From assembly GCA_018398765.1 (NCBI GenBank), contig JAHBMJ010000012.1, forward strand, positions 1-59,753: DNA of 59,753 nt. Reading direction: 5' to 3'. The translations under genes were made by a program, and so were the position numbers. Below are positions 37,109 through 50,663 of the stretch, piece by piece. The notes under the pieces were generated by a model. The model made no database searches. It saw only the letters and a list, made by a program, of their open reading frames with translations, and was not told the DNA's origin. The stretch's first letter is position 1. Each line of letters begins with the position of its first letter. This DNA comes from Chromera velia (taxonomy: Eukaryota).

Positions 37109-40100
37109 GAGTGAGTGAGTGATTGTGAGTGTATACGATCGTCTTGGTGTACGACCAACATGCTCTCCCAACCAACCTGGTTGTGGAAGATTCATTGTGG
37201 CAGTCCGTCTGTGAATGATCAAGTTCCCCCCCCCCAGCCCCAACAGCCCCCCGCTCTGGTGGTTGAGTGAAGTGGGATTCCACGCTGAGGGCAAAGAAGA
37301 CGGAGAGAGCATCCTCAAAACTGTCCGTCTGCCTGCAGGCCTGTGTGTTTGCCTGTTTGTGCCCCTGTGCATTCGCGTGTCCCAGGACATCTCTCACCTG
37401 CCCTTTCTCGCGGTGGTCTATTAAGGCGAATTGGAAAGCGAGCAACACAGTTGAGAAAGAGAGAAGAGAGAATGAGGAAGAGTGGCAGAGACACAGCCGG
37501 TAAAACATCACGACAGGAGGGAAGCGGGGAAAAGGATCGAGTTGGAGAAGGGGGCCGTTGACTTTCCGCCCGAAGGGAAACAGTGAACACGGAGAGGCGA
37601 GGAGAGGGGGGAGTCATTGGTCTGTTTTGCACTGTGTTTTTTGTTGAGCGTGAACCTGCTTATCTTCATTTCTGTCCGCTTCATTGACTGGCTTCTGATT
37701 GTGTGTGTGCAATCAAACATGTGGAGGACGGAAGGACTAGGAGACTGTGTGTGCTTGACTTACTTGGGGAAAGAAACCGTATAATTGTCTAAACGAGCCG
37801 GCGATTTCCAGACAAAAAAAGGAATTGCAGCTTGCTTGTGTTGGCCTGCTTGCTTGCTTGATGGTTGATGGGATGATCTTCCTTCCACCCCTCCACTTGC
37901 ATGTCCCCTGACTGCAGAGGATCAAGTGAACTTGGCCAGACATGTTATAATATAATAGTAAAAGAAACATGCACACCACGAACGAAGCTCGATGATCAAT
38001 CGGTTCATCATCAACCATCAATTGTCACTTACCACCTCCACATGTTTGCCCCCTCCCCTTTTCGCGTCCCTGATCCTTTTTCTCTCGTCCCTTCTCCTTG
38101 GGAGTCTTACGGGGGTTCGGTTTCGGTGAGAAAGAAAACAATAAAGAACACACACACACACCCGCCGCACAGGCCTTTGCTCTGTCTGTCTGTGCCTTCA
38201 GCGATGGATCGTGTGGCTCCAAATTATCTCTCTCTCTCTGTTTGTCTGTCCGTTCATATCTGTGATGTGTTGTGTTGTGTGCGTGGACACATGTCTTCAT
38301 TTCTTCCAGTGCTCCTTCCTTCCTTCCCATGCCTCCATGCCTGTACGTCTTTCGGTCGTGGAAGAAAGAAAACTTCTTTGCTTCCTTCCTGTCAAACTCC
38401 CTGCATTCTTTCTCGCAACACCTTTCTGACAGAAGGCTTTTTTCTCAGAAAGGTATCAAACTCTCTCTCCTTCGCCGTGCTTGTGTCCGTGTTTGTTGGT
38501 TGTGTAGTCGTCTGCGTGTATGCGTGTATGTCTTCAAGTTAAGGTATCTCAATCAAATTGTTGGGGGGCTGACTGCTGGCTGCCTGCGCCGAGTTGATCG
38601 AATTATGGCGGCTGACCGCGGGTTGCTGCGTGTGGATGACAAAAAAAGGTGACAGTCGAAGAAAAAAAGACGGAAAGGGGGAAAGAAAATGATAAAGAAA
38701 GCAAAGATGCGTTGTGTATCATCAACCCAGAATAATCAGAAAGAAAGGAAGGAAGCGCTGATGGACAGGCAGATCGATTCAATGGAGCCCCTCTGCCGAT
38801 CGCGCGGGGCAAAGCATAACGAATAAGATGATGAAATGCGAAAAGTACGGCCGACTCGATCGCTCGGCTGCTGTTGCGATGAGATGATAGGCGCGGGTTG
38901 ATCCGCCTGCTGCCGCGAATCGAACCGAAAAGGGGACGGTGTCGATGTTCCTGTCGACATTGCCGGTCTTCGGATGGAAAGGGGAAAGGAGACAAGAAGG
39001 CAAACTTGAATGCCCAAATTTTCTGGGGGGAGGAGTGTTTTCATCTGCTTCCCCCCGTTCTCTCTTTCGATCCTTCCAGGTTTTTCTGTGTGTGCGTGTG
39101 TCGAATTCTTCGCAGCGCAACTGTATATCGCTTGAATTCCATTGAGGCAGCAATTTACAGAGAGTTGGCACCGGCCTGTTCCGCCGTGGGTTTTGTCGGT
39201 ATCTGATGAGAAGAGAAGGTGCGGGTGGGTGCTTGCATGGCTCCCGCCTGCCTGTTTGCCTGTCTTTTTTAGAAAAACAATCGTGGCGCAGAGCAGAAGA
39301 GATTGTCACCGGGGAGAGAGTGAGGGAGGCATGGTTGGTTTCTGCAGGTGTCTCAGTGAGGTATCGTGTCGTTGGGTTTCGATCCACGTGTCAGTCATGC
39401 AATGGTTCCTTTTTCTTTGTCTCTCTGTCTCTCTCTCTCTTCCTCTTCTTCTCCCTTGCTGTTCGTTTGTGTCTCTGTGATCGGATCTCGTTTGGAGTTG
39501 CCGACTAGAGAACGAAAAGAAAGTGAGAGAAAGAAGGAAGAGGTGACGATAGATGAGGCCGTGCAGTTCGATAGACGCGTGATCCATTCCCACGTCCACT
39601 CCTCACTTGGAAGGAACAGGGCGGATGGATCTCTTTCCCTGCTTCCTTCCTTCCTTCCTTCCTTCTTTGTCACTCTTTCCTCTCCTCACCCGGAGGAAGG
39701 AAGGAAGCAAGGAAGGAACAAAACCAAAGAGGGCTTGTGCACTCGTATTTTTCGTTGCGCTTTCTGAAGGTAATTCAGAAGAGCGCTCGACTAGAAGGAA
39801 GAAACAAAGCACTTGCTGGCCGTCAGGTCGATCGAGCGACTTACAAATAAATAAATTGATGTATACGCAACAAAAGGGAGAAAAAGAAACGTGATCGATG
39901 CGAAAGGTTGTCCAGAGGGATGGGTGGATCTGCAGAGGACCCGGAGAGGTCACGAAGATTTAATGAAGCAATAAAGTCAGTGGAGACAATGTCAGGTTGA
40001 GAAGGAAACAATGCGCTGGTTTGGCTGTTTTGTACTTTCCAAAGAGAGCAGAAAAGAAACGAAACTAAAGGACCCAAGAAGACGGGGGGCACACATAAAC

Positions 40101-43100
40101 TGAAAAGAATGAAAGGGTCAACCGCCTCAGAAGAGCAACAAAGAAAAGTAGAAGTTGTCACAAACCCAGGGGAAAAACCAACGCAACACAACACAACAAC
40201 ACCCACGACGCCAAGTGATTATGCCACCTCCTCACTGAAGTGAACGAAGGACAGAGGGGGCTGTGGTGCATCTTCTCTTTCCTCCCTCTCGAAATCTTTT
40301 GTTCGTCGTAATTGAGGAGCGGTGGGTGCATTTGTTGCTTAGTCGCTTACTTCTTCTGGACCGGCTGTGTCCCTTGGAAGACGCTCCGGAGCAGGAATGG
40401 ATCGAGGAGACTTGATAAGCGGTGGGCCGCTTCACTGCCTTGATTAATCAATGCCTGTCTTGGATGGATGATGCGTTTTTTGTGTGTTCGCTTTTACAGA
40501 GAACGTGGAGGTTGGTTTGTGTGTTCGGCTCCCGAAATACGAACGAACTACTTTGCCATCCATGTGTCTTCCGGACTTTTTCCTTTTTTTGTTTCCTTCT
40601 CAGAATGTGAAAGAAGGAATTTGAATCTTGATTTAATTTTTTAGGCACACTTCGGAGAGTTCTGCCCTGCACTCACTCTCTTGTCGTGTGTCGCGAGTTG
40701 CTTCTTCTCCTCCTTCCCGAATAATTTCCTCGCCGTCTCTCTTCGCCGATCGGTGGGAGGAGGGGGAGGTTTGGGTGTGTTTGGGAGTAGAAACAACACG
40801 CACTTTTGGCGCTTTAAATCTTTCTTCTTCGTTCCGTTCCTTCCACAGCGCGCGAAGAAGTCCGCTACATTTCAATAGACCGTGCAGGCCTGACTGACTG
40901 ACGCGGTCGGATTTCAGTTCGACAGACAGACGCACAAAGGAAAGAGACGATAAAGAAAAGAAAAGAACGAGAAAGAATGACAGGAAGAGAAATGTGTGGA
41001 GTCAAAAAAGGCCGGTACAAGGCAATTAATTAAGCAGGCAGAATACCCGCAGGCTACTTCACGTAGGCTTTGTAGAAGTCACAAACCCGCCCCCGTCTTT
41101 CTTTCTTTCGTTGTTTTGCGTTTCCGATCGTTCCACTTTCTTTCTTGTTGTGTACACGAAGGATTGATCCATGAATTGACTGCCGTATTACTGAATCGTC
41201 TGTGTGAACTCTATCTTTTCTTATTCTTCCGTCCTGCTGGCTCTCCTGCATCCGGGCAGAGGAGGAGGACTGGTTTGCTTGATGTGATGTGCCGCTTCTT
41301 TCCACCTGCATGCTTTTGCTTTGATGATGCCGCCCCTGCCTCGTGCCATCAACCCGGCGCTTGTAGTCCTCTTCTCTCCTGTTCTTCCTTCATACTTTCC
41401 CTTCTGTCTGTCTTTCTTTGTCCAGTTTACCTGTGTCTGTTTGAGTGAGCGAGGCTCACGGGCAGTCCTTGCCCACTTCTTTCTTCATCGCACGCGGGCT
41501 TCCACCGATCGGTAAAAGTACCTATTTATCCACCCGTCAGTTCCCTCCTTGCGGAGCTGTTCGTTTGACTCAAAGATCCTCCTTCGCTCGTGTTGCAAGT
41601 AAGTGTTTGTGTGTAGTGTGTCTGTCTGTGTGTGTGTGAGAGAGGGGGGGGAGAGAGAGAGAGATGGGTCGGTACCGACTCAACAAGGCAAAAACTCCAA
41701 CCCTCCAGATGGCTTGTGAAGAAAAGGGACGAATGGCGGATCGAGGGGACATCCATCTGCGTAATACATCCACTGAGTGAGCCGATATAATACATCCACT
41801 GAATTGATATGCACTTTAAACAACAAGTAAAGCGTCGCTCAACCGTCACTCGCTACGGATGAAGGAAAGAAAGAGGAGGACAGAAAGAAGGTGAAGGAAA
41901 TACCGAAAGTCCCAATTTACCAATCGAAGCACAACCAAGCCTCTCTCTGGAGAATGTATCCCATCATTCACCATGCACCGAAAAAGTATTTCCTCTGAAT
42001 TATTCCCTCCGCCAAGAAGACGTTATAGCACCTGTGTGAGAGCTGAGAGAAGAGCAACAAACAGCATCCCCCCTAAATCTTTTCCCTTTCCTTCTTCTGT
42101 CTTTTCTCCAAAGGGACGTGTTGAGTAAATCACCGATCGTTGACAGAGAAAGAAAGAAAGAAAGAAAGAAAGAAACCATTTGTCTGTCTGTCTGTATGTC
42201 GTCCTCCCAAGTCTCCGTTTCGGATGCATCTTCGTATGTGTGTGTGTCTATCGTCGCTCTTAGGAAGTGCCCAAAAGTTCCCGTTCATCCATCCATGATC
42301 CATCCGATCATGCAATCGAAATCCATCTGTGCATGGTGGATGCATGTACAGAAAACGACCGGCCGTGGTCTCGCGTGCATTATCGGGTGGTCTCACTGAC
42401 GGCAGGCTCAGGGAAGAGGCCTGCATGATCTCGCCCCAACCTCCTGTCAATTCCGCTCTCTATATCCGCATCCTTGGATCTTTCTGTCATCCTGCATGCA
42501 TGCATGATCCGCCTACACGCACGCAGTACAGCGCCTGCATGCATGACCGATCGATCAAACAAGCGCTTTGATCAAACGTAAACGTGCCTTATGCATACTG
42601 TGTTCATGCACCCATGGCTCATTTGATCGGTTGCGTCGATCTTCGTTTTTTGATTTCTTTGTTCCTTTGCTTTGGTCACACAGCCTGCCTCCGCAGATCA
42701 TGGGCAGGTTGCAGGCAGGGGCTTTGAGTAGCCCTCAAGTTGGGGGAGCCGGATGCGGTCCCAGCAAGGGTGGGTCCATGCATGCAGTCGGCTCGATCGA
42801 GGAGCCGACGACAAATGACGATCGAGGCCGACGCGGGGAAGTCAGCTGCTAGAAATGTTGGGAGCCCGGTAAGAATCGGTCTATGTGCGCTGCTGCATGG
42901 CAGTGCATAGAATTTCGACACTCGACTTGCTGATGGTCTTTAGAGCTTCTGTAGCTTGCTTGCTTGTCTGCATCTGGCGACTCAGAATGATCCGAGCGGC
43001 CGAAGTCGATTCGATCCTTGCGTGCCTTCTATGTCTCCGAACTCTAATACATCATGCTTCATGCTTATTTGAATATGATGTACTTCCTATAGTATACCTC

Positions 43101-43439
43101 ATGACTTTGAGTCACAAGTCGATTCCCAATTAGAATTAATTAATTTTAATCTTTTTTTTTTTTTTATGTGAAAAGATGGTAGCTAGTAGCGGGGAAAACT
43201 TCTTTACATAATTTGCATTCATCCCTGCTGCGGACTCTGCAACACCTGATGATGATGAGGTGACTGAACCCGCCAGCCATCGTGTTCCAATGGCAAAGGG
43301 CAGTCTGTGAGCATTCATGTCATATTGCAAGCTAGGAGCACGCTAGCGAATGCTCACCTAATGCGGCCGAACTTTAGGACTACTAGCTAGCAAAGCGCTG
43401 CTCCCTAGGATCGATCAGTCCGGTCCTAGGCATACAGCA

Positions 43440-44380
43440 ATGAGGGCACTGGCCTTTCAGGCGTCCCTCTAAAGAAGAAGCGAGAAGTACCGCCTTACCC
43501 GCTCCTCGGCCTGCCCCACCCCCCTACCCTCTCGGGCTTCCTGTCTCTCTCCGTGCTCACACACTTCTTCTATTAACATATATTCCAGTCGCTTATACGA
43601 GAGATCACTCAGTCTCCCCCGCGGCCTCTCCGTTCAGACATAAGTTGTCAGACGGTGAATCGGATCGTCAATCAATTTCTCCAAACTTTTTTCTTCACAG
43701 GCTTTGCAAATTGATTCAACCCTCCCCCCATGGTTTGCCCCCCCTCCAACAATGGCGCACAACAAAGGGCGGAAAACTGCCCCGGGGGAAGACAAGAACT
43801 GTTTGGGGAGAGGTTGCGCTGAGGCAGACCATGAGCCCCCCCTCCCCTCCACCAAGCTTCCAAAAACTAATTTTATAAAGCGTTGGCTGCTACTATTCTC
43901 CTTCTGATATTCGGTCAGGCAAGCAGACGGAGGGAAAGACACGCTCCCATGTATTCCTTATCTCCCCTGCCTCCCCCCTCTCCTTTCTATGATGGAGACC
44001 GGGTTTACCCAGTTCCCCATCCATTTGTTCACCTCTCTGTTTCTCGCTCCCCTTCTCAGCTTGCTATCTGATATTCTAAAATCGACCTCATCTGGTTCAC
44101 CTTCCAGGAGGGCAGGACTGACAGGTTACACAAGCTTTTTTGCAGACCCCGACTATGCCCTTAACTCCCCCCTCCTGTGGCATGCCCACAATGCTTGAGG
44201 CAAAGCCAATCAAGCAAGGGAGAGACACAAATACCCCCCCACTCTGACACTGAGAATCTCTCTCATGGGCCTCAGCCCAACGGTTGTAAGGGTGGGAAAC
44301 ACAAAAGAATTCCAGGGCAGACGGAGAGACCAACGCATAAAACAAAGCTGGAGGGAGTCTAAGCATCGGATATCAAATTC
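43440..44380 (-). pseudogene. Possible decayed coding fragment between two AT-rich flanks
   Basis: Microsatellite-free, coding-like sequence. The minus-strand ORFs 44097-44366 and 43634-43942 are separated by TGA/TAG stops and a frame change. No family recognised. Confidence 0.3.
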
Positions 44381-45592
44381 TAGGCGACGCACAGTGGTAA
44401 AAAAAAAAAAAATCTGAAAACGTCTATTTTTTTTTTTTTTAATTTAAAATTTTATTGTATATGTAAAAAAAAATAAAGGTTAAATGACTAGCTTCAACTA
44501 GAGTTTGAATCATATCTAGGATCCCAGTTTCACTTTTAGCTTGGTAGACGCTTAAAAGGATTGACCAAAACTAGCTTCGACTAGAGCTTCGAAATGTATA
44601 TCGTCCTAGATATCATCAAAGAGCCAGTCAAAGAACTTCTCCTCTGTCTGCTCTTCTGTCATCCATGCATCCATCCTTCTTGTCACTCTTTGCATAGGAC
44701 ACTTCCCTTTTCCTCCACCCACCCCTCTCCTCCCTTCCCCTGCACGTAACATTTGGCTCTCTGAGCTTACACAAGCAATCGAGCGAGGAGACTGCGAGGT
44801 ATCGACCGGTTAATCTTCACTCGAGATGCACCCGGTTTCTTCCTCACTTTCTCACACGAATGGCTGCTAGTATTCCCACCCACCAATGAAGAAGGCACAC
44901 GTATATTTGCCCGCCTGCCTCCATGCATCCCTTCAGGTAGGTCTCTTTGGACTGCACCATGCAGACATGCATGTAAGTTGATGACCCAACCCAGCCACCA
45001 AGGTTATAGGAAGTATGGGAGCAAGAAATGAAGTTCAACGAGGAGGGGAGGAAGGAAAGGTGTAAAGAGATAGGGAATGAAAGAAATGCATGATACTGAC
45101 TGTGCCCTCGCAAGACACTGTCAGTCCTTCCCTTCAAAGATCCAATGAAAAGTGAAGGGAGACAGAGAATCGTCGGCGGCACTTGACTAGCCTGTCTGAT
45201 TCCTTTGTCTGCTTTTTTCCACTCACACACTCATCGATCTTTTCCATACCGGCCACTTCATTCTTTCCATACGTACCGCCAACTTTGTTTTGCGAAACTT
45301 GGTTGACGATGCACTAACTGACTGATATTGATCTCTGGTTTTCCCTTTGTTGATATTTTCCCAACCGTAAAAAATACACGTTGTCATGCTCATTCGTTGA
45401 CCCTTCCTCTCTCTTTTTGGACCTCATGACCTTCCTTTTTGATCGCATCGCCCCTTGGCATCTGGACTTCCTTCCCAAGCATGCATTGACTTCGTCGTGT
45501 GAACCTTCAAAAACCCCTTTCTGGTCGTGCAAGAACAAATAGGTCCCCCCTAGCTTCCGCCCCTTAATTTTCTCGTCTGCTTCCTTTGTGAA

Positions 45593-48500
45593 TCAACCCG
45601 TCTCCTCGTCATCCACCACTGCGAGGTCCTCTAGGGATCCACCCATCCCTTCCCCGTGTTCGTCCATCGACAGGACAATCTCCCCCTTCCCCCCTCTCTC
45701 TTGTCCACGCCCCCCCCTACTACTCACACTTCGCCCCCCATTGGCTCCTTCCTCATCAAAATCATCATCGAGGTCGAGCGGTTCATCCCCACCCCCTATC
45801 CTGGGCTCTTTTACATCCGCAAAAGCCCCCCCCGCTTCTTGACTTCTTCCCCCTCCTTCCGCACTTCCTCTTTCATCCCCCCTTTGAAACCCGAACCCCC
45901 CCGTATGGTCCATCTCTGAGGAAACATACACAGAGTCCTCCATTCTGGGTGTCCGTGTGTTGAAGAACCCCATTGGACGTCTGCGAGGCGACCCTCCTCC
46001 TGTCAAGGGCGATCTCTCCTGCATCTCTTCTTCGTCTTCAATCTCGTCGTCTTCCTCTTCCTCCCCTTCGCCCTCACTTCCCTGGATCGACTTCAACTGG
46101 AACTCTTCCACACCCGCCACCGAGTGCGTGAAGGCTCTCTCGTAGCTCATCCGTCTCCTACTAGGAAATGCGCCTTGGGCACCTGTGACGACTGAGTGAC
46201 GTCTCTCCCCCGTGATTCGCTTCCACACATCCTCCGACTTCCTTCTCAATCTCTGAACAGGAATGGTGAACTCCTCAGCGAAGTCGCTTGGGGCGGCTGA
46301 ACGATTCACCATCGTCCGAAGAGCGCGGCGGTGGGCAGAGGGCGCCTGAGCCAACCAGATGGCGAATCCGGGCATGTAGTCCTTCCGGATCTGCAAATGC
46401 AAATTGGAAGAAACTCGATTCAACACACAGGCACTCATGAATTCCTTCATGCAGTCTGAAGAGGAAAAAAAAAACAGGCAGGATACCTACCGCAATGCCG
46501 CACTGAGGTGACATAGATGTAGTGGCAAGGGGGAATTGGGTAGCACCTTCAATAAGTTCACGCGAGGAAGTCCCCGTACGTTTCCTTCTGTTCATATCCT
46601 TCCGGGGAAAAGAAAAGTCTCAAACGGCAAACGGGTACTGAGACTTACTGATCGGGATGCGCGTCCTTTTCTTCCCGTCTGAAGCTCCATCTCTGCCAGC
46701 CAATTGAGCGCTTTTGCAAATGAAGCCACAGAAGCATCGTCAGCGCAGAGGAGAAAATCCACAACGCACGGGAATGTACCGACAATCCTGCAAACAGACA
46801 GACGGACATCCATTACAGACCCCTCCTGCCGTCCAGCCACAACTTAAAAACCATCCCAACCTGTCGCATTCACTTTGGTATGACTTTCTACGAAGGATCT
46901 CTTTTTGTTTTCCGCCCCGCCCCCTTCCATCCCTGAACCCCCCCCCCTCCCCACCAGAGAGAGAGAGAAAGAAAGGGATCTGAGCAAAGGAGTGAAGTAT
47001 GTGTAGGCGGACAAATTTTGCTTCTCACTGAAAGAATGGCAAATTCATTCACAAGTGTTGCGGTACCATGCACACGCCCTCCCTGTTTTCTTATGATGCA
47101 GGTGCAGCCCAGTCATCAAAACTAAGCAAACATCTGGCAAAAAGAGGCTGACCGTTTCCAGAAAGTTGAGAATGCTGCAGAATACAAAAGCAAAGCAAAG
47201 CAGGGAATGAGATGTGCAGAGAGAGAGAACAAAGGCGACAAATACATTTGTTTTCCTTGTTTCTTGGCCTTATTTTGAGGCGTTAAGCAAGCAGACTGCA
47301 CGATCGCAGGTGGAAGTCGGGCCACATAATCGCACGAAAAGTGACGAACGGCAACACAAAAAGCCCCATCCGTGAATACAGAGCGAACACACTGACCGAC
47401 GGAGAAAAAAAAACCAATTCTGTGAAGGTGAAGACGGAGGATTTCGAAGTTTTCTGACTTTCAAATCAATTTGAGTGAACGAGTAGATAGAGAGATAGAT
47501 CGGCCTGCCGGCATTCAGACGGACGGACCTGTGAAGCTGAAGATGGATGCTTCCGACGTTGATCCAATCAAAGGGGAGACCATCACATCGAGAAAGTGGA
47601 AACTGGCCAACGCGAGGGCGTCACTCGAGATCCCCTGTTCATATTCTTCTCCGTTTCCGTTCCCTCCCCCGGCTGAGGAGGGAGAACCTCCCCTGTTGGA
47701 GGGAGAGCTCTTGATCAGATGTTGGGGTAACTTGAAGGACTTCAAGAGCCTGAGGGCAAATTTGGTCACACAGCCAGACAAAATGAGCGCAGGATGTATG
47801 AGCAAGCAAATCAGCCTCTATCAGAGCGTCAGAAGACCACAGGAATAGACCCATCATCGATGAACCAAGCAAAGAAAAACCATGAACTCTCTAATTTCGA
47901 AACACAAACTTTTGATGAAACCAGAGAGGACGATCTGAGTGTCGGCAGCTCCTCGGCCCGTCCTTCTTCTCTTCTCTTCTCTTCTCTTCTCTTCTCTCTG
48001 TGCGCATATCACTAGATCGACTCATATGACGTCACGCAATGTCACCGACCTTCCCATGGCTGTCCCCCTGAAGGCCCGCGAGAGCTCTCCAACTCAGCAA
48101 AGCGCATCTCGTACTTCGCAATCAGAGCGTTCCTGTCGAAGTCGAGGCCCATGGAAGATACCGTGCGAGCAGGAGGGGTCTGAAAAGACCCTCCTCCAGC
48201 GCCGGATGATGGTCGGACCCCTTCGCGCACCGAACGGAGAGAACGGAGGGGGGTTGCAACCATTTCGAAAGTCCTCCTCAAGTTGGATCCTATGGTTTTT
48301 CTCAACTTACTCAATTTGTCTTTGTCTTCAGGATCGATGCAGCTCTCGTCCATTTCCAATTCCTTGAAAGTCTCCTGTTGGAAAATCTGTCGACGACGCT
48401 CCCGGTTACAGCAAAGGCCTGACCGGAAAAGCCGAAACCAAACACGCATCCTCACGCGCATCATCCCCAGGCATCCCGCCTTGCTTGTAGTGGCCCTGAG

Positions 48501-48660
48501 AACAATTCTCATTTCCTCATCCTTTACCCATTCTCTGGCGGTCTTGACAAGCTCTGAAGGGTCTGCGATGTACATCGAGTAGAAGCCTTTCGGGTCCAGG
48601 GCCATGCGCACTCTCTCGGAGCTGCACACACACATAGAGAGAGACAGGTAGGTGCACACA

Positions 48661-48728
<68 letters not shown>

Positions 48729-48785
48729 CAGGCAGACAGACAGACAGACAGACAGACAGGCAGACAGACAGATACACAGAGAGAC

Positions 48786-48820
<35 letters not shown>

Positions 48821-50632
48821 TAGACAGACACATATACACAGAGAGAGAGAGAGAGAGGGAGGGGGGGAGAGAGAGGGAGAGAGAGAGAGAGCGAGAGGCA
48901 GAGGGACAGAGAGAGAGAAAGGAAAGAAAGAGAAAGAGAAAAAACAGACACATGGAAAGGGATCGGGGCAGAGGATCTCTCTCTCTCTCTCTCCTTCATA
49001 CTTTCATCCACTCAGCCGTGAAGCAACCCAACCACTTATTCAGGCAGCCGGCTTAGCCACCCATGCAATTAATTTGCCGACTGACTCACTCCATGTTCAT
49101 TTCCTTCAGAGATTTTCCCATAGCGTCTATGCCCACAGAATGTCTTCTTGCCGTGGAGGGGGAAATCTTCTTCATGGTCTTCACTCGAGCAGGCGACTCG
49201 CCAGTCACAGCCTGGGGCGATGCACTGCGGAGTGAAATCTCGGCGCCCGGCTCCTCGAATGCTTTCACGTGCGAGGCATCCTTGAAGAGGACGCTGCCCC
49301 AACTGTTCACGCACAGCCGATTGATGCCAGCCTCAGAGAGAGCATGCGCAAAGTCGGTCCACGTGATGGACATCTGCAAGCAGGGAAGGGAACAATGTGG
49401 CAGAAGGTCAGCACAAAAAGAAAAGCACGAAGGCACACAGAGCAAAACGACCATAAACAGAGACAAGTAGAGACATCAAGACCAAAAAGAACACACACAC
49501 ACACACACACACACACACGTAAGAAGGGGAGAAAGATCAGAAAGAGAGACGAATCTACAGATACAAGCTGATATACAGACAGACAGGCAGACAGAACTTC
49601 GAGGACGGCTTACACTTCCGGATGTCCATGCAGGAGTCGTGTTCAGTTTCCTTCCCAGGACGTCTGAGATGTCCCTCAGCACCTGCAGTCATCAAAAGCC
49701 CCGAAGGGCAGGCCACAGAGTTCAAAGTTAGATTCTCAGTAGTAGTGTTTGTATTCATATGTCTGCATATCATTATCGACAACCCCCCTTTGCCGACTCA
49801 GTTGGTCGGACGGCGGTCCGATCCAAGTTCCACGTCTTTTTTTCTGCTTCCTTCGACCGCCGACGATATGCATACAAAAGGAAAGAACAGCTCAGACAAA
49901 CAAAGAGAAAGACGCAGAAGACGAAGCCGGGGAAGGAGTGAAGAAAGGAGGAAGAAAGAGAGAGAAAAAGAAAGAGAGGAGAGACGTGAAGAGAAGAACA
50001 GAGGACGAAAAGATCCTGACAGTCAGACAAATAAAATAACCAACGCACCTGCAGTCGTGTCACTCTCCAGGAAGATCTCTTCTTCGCAGAGAAGCCCGCG
50101 TGCCTGGGTCCTTTGCTCTCAGAGGGTGTGGGAGGCAGGCGAAACCCTGGAGATTCAGTTTCTTCTCCCGAATTCTGTAACTCTATCCTTGTCCCTCTGT
50201 CCATGTGGAGATCCTCCAGTTCGTCCATTATTGTGTCCAGCACTCCGTCTGCGATCATCTTTCTGTTCAGGCCTCTCAGCTTTCTTGTCAAGGCCCCATT
50301 TGCACTCTTGATTATGTGGACCTCGTGCAAGTTCGAAATAAACAGGCAGAAAGCTGAGAACACCCCGAAAGAAAACTGCAAAAAGCATCATACGAAAACG
50401 AACAGATACACAAAAAAGATTTGGGTGGCATCCAGAGGATGCATGGAGGCTGGCCGTTGGTGCGGGACCATCTGCCAAAAGCGAATAGATGTTATCAACT
50501 CATCATATCTCCTTCCCCCCAAAGGCCCAGCGGAGAATCAGAATGTGCAGAAGAAAAGCGACAAATAGAGCCACAACGAAACAGAGAGAGACACGGATGC
50601 AAGCGTATTAGACAACAGGAAGAGCAAAAAAA

Positions 50633-50663
<31 letters not shown>

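Noticed and set aside
44390..44397. CACAGTGG resembling a Transib TIR / RSS heptamer
   Set aside because: I found no matching inverted partner or 5-bp target duplication nearby.
43131..44490. Possible long TIR pair formed by the T-tract and A-tract flanks
   Set aside because: The similarity is confined to homopolymer, low-complexity sequence.
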